From: a virus
Taxonomy: Duplodnaviria; Caudoviricetes
Length of the DNA: 62,855 nucleotides
IMG/VR virus record: IMGVR_UViG_3300009537_000008
Coordinates: 1-62,855 of that record
Reading direction: 5' to 3' (one strand)
The translations under genes and the position numbers were made by a program. How positions within the stretch are numbered: position 1 is the stretch's first letter; each line of letters starts with the position of its first letter. Of this stretch, positions 30,401 through 39,338 are shown piece after piece. A model generated the notes under the pieces. The model made no database searches. It had not been told where the DNA came from and saw only the letters and a list, made by a program, of their open reading frames with translations.

Positions 30401-32638
30401 TGTGCCGCTGGTTCCAGAAGTCCCTGTACTACCTGATGAGCCAGTGCTTCCACTGCTACCGGTAGAGCCTGAACTACCACTGGTTCCGGAAGTCCCACTC
30501 GTTCCTGACGTACCACTTGTCCCAGTACTTCCAGAACTTCCTGTAGAACCACTACTTCCGCTTGTTCCAGATGTTCCTGTAGAGCCACTAGACCCAGTTG
30601 AACCACTGCTACCACTAGTACCTGATGTTCCAGAAGTTCCTGTGCTACCCGATGATCCAGAACTACCACTAGTTCCAGAAGTTCCTGAAGTGCCACTGGT
30701 TCCAGATGTTCCTGTGCTACCCGATGATCCAGTAGTTCCACTTGTGCCTGATGTACCCGAAGTACCACTAGTACCCGTACTACCTGATGAACCAGTAGAC
30801 CCACTACTACCAGTACTTCCTGAGCTACCACTAGTGCCAGTACTACCACTTGTACCACTAGTTCCTGATGTCCCACTAGTACCAGTACTACCACTTGAAC
30901 CAGTACTACCCGAGCTACCTGTTGAACCACTACTTCCGCTTGTTCCAGAAGTACCACTTGTTCCAGATGTTCCTGTACTACCACTCGATCCTGTGGAGCC
31001 ACTGCTTCCTGTAGACCCCGAGCTTCCCGATGTTCCACTAGTACCTGACGTCCCAGAAGTACCTGTACTACCTGATGAGCCAGTTGATCCACTACTTCCA
31101 CTTGAGCCAGCACTTCCTGAAGTGCCTGAGGTTCCACTTGTGCCACTAGTACCTGACGTCCCAGAAGTACCTGTACTACCACTACTTCCTGAAGTGCCTG
31201 AGGTTCCGCTTGTTCCAGAAGTCCCTGTACTACCACTTGAACCCGAACTACCACTAGTACCAGAAGTCCCGCTGGTTCCTGTAGACCCGGAACTACCGCT
31301 AGTCCCGGATGTACCACTGCTACCAGATGTTCCAGTACTACCACTACTACCTGAAGTGCCACTGGTACCAGATGATCCTGAAGAACCGGATGTTCCACTT
31401 GAACCTGATGTTCCAGACGACCCAGTTGATCCACTACTACCCGAGGTTCCGGTACTACCACTTGTTCCACTTGAACCTGAAGTTCCCGAAGTTCCACTAG
31501 TACCTGATGTGCCGCTGGTTCCAGTACTACCTGAACTTCCACTCGTACCCGATATACCACTTGTACCTGATGTTCCGCTACTTCCTGATGTACCGCTAGA
31601 ACCAGAAGTACCTGTACTACCTGATGAGCCAGTGCTACCACTTGATCCTGTAGATCCACTACTACCTGTTGACCCACTACTACCAGTACTGCCTGATGAA
31701 CCGGTCGTACCACTAGTTCCAGTACTACCGCTTGTTCCAGAAGTGCCTGAAGTCCCTGTACTACCTGATGAACCAGTTGAACCACTGCTACCACTTGTAC
31801 CAGAAGTTCCTGAAGTTCCGCTTGTTCCTGCGGTTCCTGTAGACCCGGAACTACCTGATGAACCTGATGAACCTGTACTACCAGAACTACCACTAGTACC
31901 TGTACTACCACTTGAGCCAGTACTTCCTGACGAGCCTGATGTTCCGCTTGTACCAGAACTACCTGATGTACCGCTAGTAGACACCTGGCCTCCTATAGGG
32001 GTGTGTACATGGGAAGGCCTAAGTGCTCCCTCTACATATGTCCAAATAGTAACCCCCGCACCATGCTCAGTCCAAGCCTTTAACACTACTTTTATTCTAT
32101 CAGTTGTATTTAATAATGTTGTTGTGGGGACTGTAGTTATCCAATCATATGTTTTAATAGTTGTATCAGTTAATAATGGACTCTGTGTATCAAAAATATG
32201 AACTGGATTATTTCCTGCATTATCTGTTACATAAAACGATGCAGAATAAAAAGTATTATTAGGATTATTTGTAGATAATTTAGTAAACGTTCTAAACCTC
32301 CATTCACCACCCGGAATAATCATTACATTTGGCTCTCCAATTGGAGTATAAAAAGTTGCAATGTCCGTTAATACTGAATTAGGTATCGAACCAGTTACTA
32401 CCTGTTCTAAATTTGGTGGGAATAAAGTAGAAGTAAAATCTAATGAATTAGCAATATCACTACTTCCTGAAGTGAAATAGAATACTGTTCCTATTGCTAT
32501 TCCATCCCTACCTGATGTTCCACTAGTTCCTGAACTACCTGATGTTCCAGAAGTTCCCGCAGATCCACTCCCACCAGTAGAACTAGTACCTGAAGTTCCA
32601 CTAGTAGAAAATTGTGCTGTTAAAAATCCCTGACTCAT
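27392..32638 (-). CDS. Giant virion fibre protein with Gly-(Ser/Thr)-(Ser/Thr) triplet repeat
   Basis: 1748 aa; globular N- and C-terminal domains around ~1100 aa of GSS/GTS/GST; short GAT collagen-like repeat; DADPGNGFIRFNN fibre-like motif; in structural operon. Confidence 0.8.
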   Translation of the reverse strand: MSQGFLTAQFSTSGTSGTSSTGGSGSAGTSGTSGSSGTSGTSGRDGIAIGTVFYFTSGSSDIANSLDFTSTLFPPNLEQVVTGSIPNSVLTDIATFYTPIGEPNVMIIPGGEWRFRTFTKLSTNNPNNTFYSASFYVTDNAGNNPVHIFDTQSPLLTDTTIKTYDWITTVPTTTLLNTTDRIKVVLKAWTEHGAGVTIWTYVEGALRPSHVHTPIGGQVSTSGTSGSSGTSGTSGSSGSTGSSGSTGTSGSSGSTGSSGSSGSSGSTGTAGTSGTSGTSGTSGSSGSTGSSGSTGTSGTSGTSGSTGTSGTTGSSGSTGSSGSTGSSGSTGSSGSTGSSGSTGTSGSSGTSGSSGTSGTSGISGTSGSSGSTGTSGTSGTSGTSGTSGSSGTSGSTGTSGSSGSTGSSGTSGSSGTSGSSGSSGTSGTSGSSGSTGTSGSSGTSGTSGSSGSTGTSGTSGTSGSSGSSGSTGTSGTSGTSGTSGSSGSTGTSGTSGTSGTSGTSGTSGSAGSSGSSGSTGSSGSTGTSGTSGTSGTSGSSGSTGSSGSTGSSGSTGTSGTSGTSGTSGSSGSTGSSGSTGSSGSTGTSGTSGTSGTSGSTGTSGSSGSTGSSGSTGSSGSTGTSGTSGTSGTSGTTGSSGSTGTSGTSGTSGTSGTSGSSGSSGSTGTSGTSGTSGSSGSTGSSGSTGTSGTSGSSGSTGSSGSTGTSGTSGTSGTSGTSGSSGSTGSSGSTGSSGSTGTSGTSGTSGTSGTSGSSGSTGSSGTAGTSGTSGSSGSTGSSGSTGSSGTSGSSGTSGSSGSTGTSGSAGSSGTSGTSGSSGTSGTSGINGTSGSSGTSGSSGTSGSSGTSGQNGTSGSSGTSGSSGSTGSSGSTGTSGSSGSTGSSGTSGSSGTSGTSGTSGTSGSSGSTGTSGTAGSSGTSGTTGSSGSSGSTGSSGSTGSSGSTGTSGTSGTSGTSGSTGSSGSTGTSGTSGSSGSTGSSGSTGTSGSSGTSGTSGTSGSSGSTGSSGSTGSSGSTGTSGTSGTSGTSGSSGSTGSSGSTGSSGSTGTSGTSGTSGTGGSSGSTGSSGSTGSSGSTGTSGTSGTSGTSGSSGSSGSTGSSGSTGTSGTSGTSGTSGSSGSTGSSGSTGSSGSTGTSGTSGSSGTSGTSGTSGSSGSSGSTGSSGSTGTSGTSGSSGTSGTRGSSGSTGTSGTSGTSGTSGSSGSTGTSGTSGSSGSTGSSGSTGSSGSTGSSGSTGTSGTSGTSGTSGTSGSSGSTGSSGSTGSSGSTGTSGTSGTSGTSGSSGSTGSSGSTGSSGSTGTSGTSGTSGTSGTSGSSGSTGSSGSAGTSGTSSTGGGGTAGTSGTSGTTGHFGGNSMEFQFSTTTTDADPGNGFIRFNNATLGSVTQLFIDDLNFNGVNLRTNWIAALTGASTNPRGALTIWSKNNPTIFVVYHITSGSSLPSGYTRIPVTFISSNGTLTNNENIIISFTRYGNNGATGATGATGATGANGIFGGDSFSFYSVGVSPSSPELFFDPHTPGAGISTIEFNEDSIQSLGINTWFDSMNRGDRIRLFDEYASANFYLGRINSISYINPVYTIVLTDIEFTNLSAGGTVVVATLSKVADERYISLNPYLMFEEINDTLPLAAQTPETDGSYIVIPTELNNYEIIDVIASVDAQGNSDIYVNVVLYNGQGGTGNGVYVLASDLAMGTAAVYYTSAVLSGISITNPTILEGTRVAVILDTAATGMPTAGNGPLGLSVTIVVKRP
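28171..28214. repeat. Perfect 9-bp tandem repeat (tagcaccag) encoding GATGATGATGA
   Basis: Four full copies plus a partial copy. Confidence 0.9.
28590..31980. repeat. Degenerate 9-bp-period coding repeat (G-S/T-S/T)
   Basis: Gly every third codon; synonymous codons mixed; higher GC than flanks. Confidence 0.95.
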
Positions 32639-33057
32639 AATGTTTCAGATAAAAGTAAGGATATAGATGGTATAACTATAGTTCCAGAAGAACCTGATGT
32701 GGTAACAACAAATTGTAGTATGTCCCCAGCATTCACCGGCACTGCAGTTACTAATTCTGAGAATGGCCCTGTGGAATTTTGGCCTATTGGTACTGTGATA
32801 CTTGAACTGGCAGTATTAATATAAATAGTTAAATTATGGCCGCCAGCATTGATAGAATTTGTTAAAATTTCAAACCGCAAATCTTTAATAATACCTTTAA
32901 CGGGGAGTATAAATACACTCTCTACAGGAGCTGCTACCCAATTTGGCACTGGCCCTAAATACAATGTAGTGCTAAATGGCACAACATCATATGACCCAGC
33001 AAATATGGCGTGTTTGCTCAATGTTACAAATCTTTTAACTGTAAATCCTTGTGCCAT
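32635..33057 (-). CDS. Small beta-sandwich virion/fibre-associated protein
   Basis: VNAGDILQF-type motif; in fibre operon. Confidence 0.6.
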   Translation of the reverse strand: MAQGFTVKRFVTLSKHAIFAGSYDVVPFSTTLYLGPVPNWVAAPVESVFILPVKGIIKDLRFEILTNSINAGGHNLTIYINTASSSITVPIGQNSTGPFSELVTAVPVNAGDILQFVVTTSGSSGTIVIPSISLLLSETL

Positions 33058-33386
33058 TATGTTACCTCTAACCCAAATAAATTAAATGATAATGAGCCGT
33101 CTCTTGAATAAACCCTAACTACATCTGTAGCTTGCAATGTAATTCCTATAGTTGCAACAAATGTATCATTACCAGGAATAATTATATCGTAATAAATATA
33201 TTGTTCATTTGTATCTGCCGCCCCGCCAGGTGCTATAGAAATCCTAAATTTATCTGCGACAGCTGTTCTATTAGCAACTACTATGGAACTGACAGTAGCG
33301 TTTGTGCTAGTAGGTACTGTATACATATCAGTCAAAACTAATAAAGTAGGATTCGACTGCCCCAATACTTTTAAAATTTCTGCCAT
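33057..33386 (-). CDS. Small virion structural protein
   Basis: YTVP...VSSIVVANR...GITLQATDVVRVY...SFNLFGLEVT pattern typical of small fibre-associated phage proteins. Confidence 0.65.
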   Translation of the reverse strand: MAEILKVLGQSNPTLLVLTDMYTVPTSTNATVSSIVVANRTAVADKFRISIAPGGAADTNEQYIYYDIIIPGNDTFVATIGITLQATDVVRVYSRDGSLSFNLFGLEVT

Positions 33387-33389
33387 AGT

Positions 33390-34754
33390 TTATGCTCCCA
33401 TAAAGGTTAATGTTCTAACAAATCTCGTATCATTTAATACTTCTCTTGGCGCTCCATTAGTTGGAGTATACCAAACATTTTTACCATCATTTTCAATAGC
33501 CCCCGATAAACTAGTAGTTGTGAGTACCCCTGGTTCTAATCTTATCTGAGGTATTGATGTAGTACCAGCTCTAATATGAACGTAGGCTGTAGGATCAGTC
33601 TTCCCAAATCCAACGGGAGCACCACCAAATTGAGAATTAATTACAAATTTTGTATTTGCTCCCCCACTGTTAAGAGCATCAAATCTTACATTTCCACCCT
33701 GCGCTGCAGTTCTACCAAATGTAAACCATGTATTGTTTCCTGAATTTGGATCATCTGATCCCACCGCAAACGTGTCAAGCAATCTATTTCCTACATCTAC
33801 AAAAAAGGATGAGCTGGGGGTTTTTATTATTAATCCTATAGCAGTATTATCTCGATGCCCAAATATACTGTATGTAAATCCACCATTTGCTTGCAAATTA
33901 ACTAATCTATGAGCCGATTCTAAACCACCTAATATTGATTCGAGATGATTTGCATTTACATTTAATCTGGCAGAATTAATACCATTGCCTAAATTTAAAG
34001 ATCCAGTTGAATCTATAAAAGACATTGTTGCTCCACTACTTGAAATCCACTGAGTTAATTGGTTGACTTGCCCAGTAAGGGCTGTGATTTTTAAAGTTTT
34101 ATTTACTTTATCCCAAAATAAATTTGGATTAGCACCGAATGCTCCTGCATCATTATATTGAATTTCTCCATCATTACCAGCTGGATTACCTGCTCCACCT
34201 CCTGACGTACCTGATGACCCCGAAGACCCTGCCACACCAGCACTACCTGCCGCACCAGCACTACCTGCCTGACCAATAGTCCCTGTTGATATTGTTGATG
34301 TTACTGTAGGGTCTGCAGTTGTAGGAGGTTTTACTTTTCCAGTTGGATCGGTAATTGGATTGACAAATATTGTTTTTTGCCATTTAACTGTTCTACCTCT
34401 GGGAAATTTAGCAGATGATTTTATATTCCCTACAAAAGTTAAAATACCAACTCCTACCGGGGATTCATCACTTATCTCAATATTTAAAGTAGTTCTACCA
34501 CCATTATCAGTAAATGGTTCTATGCTTGTATTTAATACTTGTAAAGCAACGTCTTCAGCCTCAACCTGGATTTCTGATAAATCCTGCAAGGCGAATTTAT
34601 TGGGAATAAATTTAATTGTATTAACACCTAACCAAAGCGTCTCTGGAAATTCTGTTACATAAAAATACTCTGGGGATGCTGTCGAATTATCTACAACATC
34701 CGCTCTAAAAGATTTTAAATGTCTGGGAAGTCTTTTATTCGTTGATCTGGCCAT
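33390..34754 (-). CDS. Tail fibre-like protein
   Basis: Short G-x-x repeat, AGNDGEIQYNDAGAFGA, VGFGKTDPTAYVHI fibre motifs. Confidence 0.7.
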   Translation of the reverse strand: MARSTNKRLPRHLKSFRADVVDNSTASPEYFYVTEFPETLWLGVNTIKFIPNKFALQDLSEIQVEAEDVALQVLNTSIEPFTDNGGRTTLNIEISDESPVGVGILTFVGNIKSSAKFPRGRTVKWQKTIFVNPITDPTGKVKPPTTADPTVTSTISTGTIGQAGSAGAAGSAGVAGSSGSSGTSGGGAGNPAGNDGEIQYNDAGAFGANPNLFWDKVNKTLKITALTGQVNQLTQWISSSGATMSFIDSTGSLNLGNGINSARLNVNANHLESILGGLESAHRLVNLQANGGFTYSIFGHRDNTAIGLIIKTPSSSFFVDVGNRLLDTFAVGSDDPNSGNNTWFTFGRTAAQGGNVRFDALNSGGANTKFVINSQFGGAPVGFGKTDPTAYVHIRAGTTSIPQIRLEPGVLTTTSLSGAIENDGKNVWYTPTNGAPREVLNDTRFVRTLTFMGA

Positions 34755-34779
34755 ATAGTATAATTATATGGTCACTAAA

Positions 34780-37700
34780 TTATACTTCTATTTTGGAGAA
34801 ACCATTTATTTTTTTAATATCAAGAAGAGTATCAACAATGTCTTTAGCTTGTTCGATATGTGAAATGATTAAAATAAAATCGAACTGAGTTTTTAAATAA
34901 TCAAATAAATAAAATATCGAATTAAAATTATCAGAATCTAAAACCCCTAGCCCCTCGTCAATTGCTAACATTGTTGTTTTAGATAAGGTTGTAATATGTG
35001 TTAAAGCATTTCTAATTGCTAATGATGCAATGAACTTTTCCATTCCGCTGGCTAAATCTAATAACCAATATCTATCATCCGCATATACAATATATAAATT
35101 TATATCTTTATCTTCTAATTCAAATTTAATTGTAAAATCTGTAATTTGGGACAAAACATTGTTTGTATATGTTTGTATCGTAGGGATTGATTTTTTAATT
35201 AGCGAATATGGAATGCCATTTCTATTAATACATTTTAGCAAGTAATCATATGCTAAATATTGCTGCTCATATTCTTTTGCAGATGATATAGACTCAGTGA
35301 GTGTTTTATTATCAGCCTTCAATACGGCAATGTCACTTAATATTACTTTTATCTCGGCACCTATTAGCCCAATCTGATCTTGTGTGATATTTTTTTGGTG
35401 TGTTTCGGATGAAATCTTTTCATTGATTAGTTTATTCTCCGTAATGTATTGAATATTTTGATAATATAATTCTATACTTTTTATTATAGAATTATATTTT
35501 TCATTTTTTTCAGAAAATAACAATTTTAATTCTTTAGCTTCATTACTAACTGTTAATATATTATTTTTAATTTGATTTTGCTGCTGCTGCAAATTTAGAA
35601 TATCATTGTACACTGTATCATATTTAATATGTTCAGATATATCAGTATTCACAGTATGTAATTGTTCTAGTAAATCTGTAGCCGTTTGTTTATCTTTGTT
35701 TAACGATTCTTTTGCATTAAGAGCGTCCTGAACAAAGGAATTATTTATACAATATTCACATTCGGGATTATATTCATGAGTTTGTAATTTAGAAATTTTA
35801 TCTAATTTATGTTGCACATGAACTTTATGTTTATCAATATTGTTTAGTATATTTTGCCGCTCGGTTTGCTTTTCTTTTAATATATTATATTTAGATTCGA
35901 TCGAATCAATATCATACGTTATTAATTCATCTACAACAATGTTTAATTTTTTCTGCAATTGTTGTAATTCATTATCGTTGTTTTGTATCTGCCTCGATAT
36001 TTGTAATAATAAATTTTTCAATGTCTCCCGCTGAGTCTCGTGGGATTCAATATCAATATCAATATCAATAATTTTATTTAGTTTTTGAGTTAATGTAATA
36101 ATTTCATTATTATATTTTTCAAGGGAAGTAATTAGTATATTTTGTTCCTCCTGTTTAGATTCATAATCAGGCTCCAAGCTTGATAATTTAATATTATTAA
36201 TTGCAAGCTGGGTATTAAAATCTGTTTTCTTAAATTCTTTTAATATCGCAGATATACCTTTACTCTCTTCTAATGCTATTTGATATAGTTGTTCGTACAC
36301 ATCTAAATCTAAGAATTGCGTTAATATATTTTTTCTATCAGCCTGTGACTTATCAATAAACGTTGAAGGATTATTTTGCAGGCTAGCAGCAGTTAATATA
36401 AAATCTTCATATGTGCCAATATATGATCGTATGTTTCTATTCGTACCATGTTTATCATCACCATTTAATATTGTAGTGATGCCATCGGATGATATTGAAT
36501 AAAAATTAACATCAATTTTTACGCGGTCAGAAGATTTTAATATTCGCTTACCTATCCGTTCAATCACATAATCAGTATCACCAATTGTAAATGTTAATTT
36601 GCAATAAAGATTAGATTTAGAATAGTTTAATATATGACCACCCTTTGTCCCTTTAGAAAATCTATCAAATAAACAATATGATATTATATCTAATATGCTA
36701 CTCTTACCACTAGTATTAGGTGCAAAAAGCCCAATAATACCATTCATATCAGAAAAATTAATTTTATTTTTTTCTCCATACGAAAACATATTACTGAATT
36801 CTAATTCTTTTAATTTCCATACAACCCCTCTACTGCTATCAAGGGGGGGTATTTTTGTATTAATGAGCGCATTCAGCGCTTGTATTTTTTCGATCACATC
36901 ATCACTTACAGAAAAATTATCGGATATATATTCTGATATTAATGAATTTTGAACATTGACATCTCGAATATTACCAATAATATTTTCCGTTGATTGGTGG
37001 TTCGCGGTAGAGCTAACATCATTTTTATGTAATGTAATATCATGAATGCCATAATTCTGTTTTAATACACTAGAAATTTCTTTTAATCTGGAGATCGGTG
37101 TATCTGAATATTTTATACGCACCCGAGTATGCTTTGATAAATTTAATGGATCATTATAATTACCATCAATAACAGTTAATGTATAATATCCATATTCATT
37201 TAATAATTCAATATGCTTATATGAATTATCAGTTAAATCCCAAAGAACATAACCGTGATTATTATATGATTCACTATGATTTTGTTGAATCATTGAGCCA
37301 GCATAAACAATTAATGGCGACGATTCATTTATACATTGTAATTTGTGAATATCACCTAACATTACAATATCATGATTATTAAATGAACTGGCAGTAATAC
37401 CTCTAGTGACTTTAAATCCTACGTCCGTTTGTGCATTTACTAATGGCCCATGATATAATGCAATCTTTACTTTATCAGTTTCAATATAAGGTACATCAGT
37501 ATTTTTATTATCCATCGCAGATAGCACAGAAAACATTATATTATTCATTTCATACAACCCAGTATCCCTAAAATAATAAAGATTAGGTTGCCTCATATTA
37601 TGAATGATCGGAGTTAATACATCTAATCTGGATTCATTATTTAGATTACAGTCGTGGTTTCCTAATATAACAATGGTAGGATTAATATTGGCCAATGTTC

Positions 37701-37941
37701 TCAGAAAGGTAGATATCATTGATATCAATTCCGGCGACATTTCTGTTTTTGAATGTGCAATATCTCCTGCTACATAAATAATAAAATTAGGATCTTCTTT
37801 TTTTAATGCTCTTAGTTGCCTATAAAATAATCCGAATACTTTTTTATATTCGGAGTGACGTTTTACATTTCTAATATGAATGTCCGATACATGGACAATT
37901 TTCTTAATCTCAAATCCTACGTCTATCTTTTGTATTTCCAT
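34780..37941 (-). CDS. Fused SbcD(Mre11/gp47)-SbcC(Rad50/gp46) nuclease-ATPase
   Basis: SDIH, AGD, GNHD, GDIH; NMFSYG, APNTSGKS, CEYC zinc hook, ASGMEK, IDEG, ISH. Confidence 0.92.
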   Translation of the reverse strand: MEIQKIDVGFEIKKIVHVSDIHIRNVKRHSEYKKVFGLFYRQLRALKKEDPNFIIYVAGDIAHSKTEMSPELISMISTFLRTLANINPTIVILGNHDCNLNNESRLDVLTPIIHNMRQPNLYYFRDTGLYEMNNIMFSVLSAMDNKNTDVPYIETDKVKIALYHGPLVNAQTDVGFKVTRGITASSFNNHDIVMLGDIHKLQCINESSPLIVYAGSMIQQNHSESYNNHGYVLWDLTDNSYKHIELLNEYGYYTLTVIDGNYNDPLNLSKHTRVRIKYSDTPISRLKEISSVLKQNYGIHDITLHKNDVSSTANHQSTENIIGNIRDVNVQNSLISEYISDNFSVSDDVIEKIQALNALINTKIPPLDSSRGVVWKLKELEFSNMFSYGEKNKINFSDMNGIIGLFAPNTSGKSSILDIISYCLFDRFSKGTKGGHILNYSKSNLYCKLTFTIGDTDYVIERIGKRILKSSDRVKIDVNFYSISSDGITTILNGDDKHGTNRNIRSYIGTYEDFILTAASLQNNPSTFIDKSQADRKNILTQFLDLDVYEQLYQIALEESKGISAILKEFKKTDFNTQLAINNIKLSSLEPDYESKQEEQNILITSLEKYNNEIITLTQKLNKIIDIDIDIESHETQRETLKNLLLQISRQIQNNDNELQQLQKKLNIVVDELITYDIDSIESKYNILKEKQTERQNILNNIDKHKVHVQHKLDKISKLQTHEYNPECEYCINNSFVQDALNAKESLNKDKQTATDLLEQLHTVNTDISEHIKYDTVYNDILNLQQQQNQIKNNILTVSNEAKELKLLFSEKNEKYNSIIKSIELYYQNIQYITENKLINEKISSETHQKNITQDQIGLIGAEIKVILSDIAVLKADNKTLTESISSAKEYEQQYLAYDYLLKCINRNGIPYSLIKKSIPTIQTYTNNVLSQITDFTIKFELEDKDINLYIVYADDRYWLLDLASGMEKFIASLAIRNALTHITTLSKTTMLAIDEGLGVLDSDNFNSIFYLFDYLKTQFDFILIISHIEQAKDIVDTLLDIKKINGFSKIEV

Positions 37942-38866
37942 CTAATTTTTTTGTTAACATCTCTCGTAATGAAAGCTGCTTTGAGTTATTTTGTAACAAA
38001 GTTTGTACACCATCAAATCCTAATTCTGATGGATCTTTTTCGGTAAGCTCAGTAAAGTATACATTTACTCCTTCATTCTTAAAATAATTAATATGATCTA
38101 AAATTTTATCAGTGGCATCAGTATCCAAAGTAATATATAACTCCTTCACTCTTTGCTCAATAATGGCAGTTCTTAATTTATCTGATATTTCTTTTCCGTA
38201 TAAAGGAATGGCATTTCTTTTAATAGCAATAGCATCAAATGCCCCCTCACATAATGTTATAGGTAGTTCCCAGTTAATTAAATATTCAAAGCCAATTATA
38301 TCTTTTGAAACGGATGGGGAATGATGTTTCCTTTTTATATTAGGAGCAAAAGTTCTTCCAGTAAAAAAGTTTAAATTTCCATCTATATCATAAGATGGAA
38401 TAATAATCATATCGCGGTATTCTCCATTTGTACAGTAACCCATTTTATACCTAATGATATCAAACCCTGTTACACCCCGCCTAATTAGGTACTTTATAGC
38501 CTGTTTATATTGGAAGTCATCTGTAGGTATCCATAATGGAATAAATTCATTAGGTAAAGATAATTTATTAACTCTATTAGGATTATCATAATGGGGTTTC
38601 TTTTTTAATTCTGGCAGTAATTCCTTTAATTGGGTAAATTGATTATCATTAGCATTAGCCTTTTTAAATAAAGACCATAATGATTTTCCTTTAGTATCAG
38701 AACATACCCAACATCTCCATTTCTGAGTTAAGATATTAACTTGGAGTTTTCTTTTATGATGATGGCAAACCGGGCATTTAAAAGATATCTCCCCAGACTT
38801 ACCAGCCACTGCTCGGCCAGAGCCTAATACCAACTCTAAGAGATGGATGATAGATTGACTATTCAT
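37910..38866 (-). CDS. DNA primase (Zn finger + Toprim)
   Basis: CPVC...CWVC; IIIPSYD; LCEGAFDA; LDTDA; KDP. Confidence 0.9.
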   Translation of the reverse strand: MNSQSIIHLLELVLGSGRAVAGKSGEISFKCPVCHHHKRKLQVNILTQKWRCWVCSDTKGKSLWSLFKKANANDNQFTQLKELLPELKKKPHYDNPNRVNKLSLPNEFIPLWIPTDDFQYKQAIKYLIRRGVTGFDIIRYKMGYCTNGEYRDMIIIPSYDIDGNLNFFTGRTFAPNIKRKHHSPSVSKDIIGFEYLINWELPITLCEGAFDAIAIKRNAIPLYGKEISDKLRTAIIEQRVKELYITLDTDATDKILDHINYFKNEGVNVYFTELTEKDPSELGFDGVQTLLQNNSKQLSLREMLTKKLDGNTKDRRRI

Positions 38867-38870
38867 TATA

Positions 38871-38902
38871 TAAATATAATGAAAATTATTGTAATAACCA
38901 AA
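38871..38902 (-). promoter_or_regulatory. Bacteroidetes-type promoter, probably leaderless primase transcript
   Basis: TTTG-N20-TATATTTA only 4 nt before ATG. Confidence 0.7.
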
Positions 38903-38903
38903 T

Positions 38904-39290
38904 TTATTTTTCTAAACTTTTCTTATAAATTTCCATAAAAACTTTTAATGGTATAGCAATAAATGGTTCCATGCCATTACGCTTGAATACTACTGTAGGA
39001 GTATGGCCTTTTGCATTTGCCTCACATTGCTCAATTGCTTTGTAGATATTAAGGGATTCTACATTCTTGCATTCAATGGAGAATGGAAATAATTTCCTCG
39101 CCATAGGTGACAATAATACATCTTCACCACTTGCACCCATTGATGTTGACCTAACATCGTCAGGATCTAATTGTTCTTTAAATGATTCCAATATTAAATC
39201 TCTTACAATTTGTTGTAGTTTTCTTCCTTTTGCTTTCCTTGCTGAGGTTGATATACCATTTCTTTTCTTTTTGACTTTTTTAACAGCCAT
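38904..39290 (-). CDS. PD-(D/E)XK endonuclease, Holliday junction resolvase-like
   Basis: KAKGRKLQ, SMGASGEDV, SIECKN, VVFKRN. Confidence 0.8.
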   Translation of the reverse strand: MAVKKVKKKRNGISTSARKAKGRKLQQIVRDLILESFKEQLDPDDVRSTSMGASGEDVLLSPMARKLFPFSIECKNVESLNIYKAIEQCEANAKGHTPTVVFKRNGMEPFIAIPLKVFMEIYKKSLEK

Positions 39291-39303
39291 ACATAAAATT
39301 TAT

Positions 39304-39335
39304 TAAATATAATGAAAATTATTGAGACTACCAAA
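39304..39335 (-). promoter_or_regulatory. Bacteroidetes-type promoter
   Basis: TTTGgtagtctc...cat-TATATTTA, 20-nt spacer. Confidence 0.75.
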
Positions 39336-39338
39336 TAA

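Noticed and set aside
28513-31911. 547-aa and 584-aa minus-strand Val/Gln/Leu-rich ORFs
   Set aside because: Alternative frames of the same fibre repeat
28590-31980. Ice nucleation protein or CRISPR array
   Set aside because: Period is 3 aa, not the AGYGSTxT octapeptide; no constant repeat with unique spacers
28743-32201. 1152-aa plus-strand Pro/Val/Leu/Glu/Asp ORF
   Set aside because: Antisense shadow of the G-S/T-S/T repeat, whose codons give no stops in that frame; no promoter or domain
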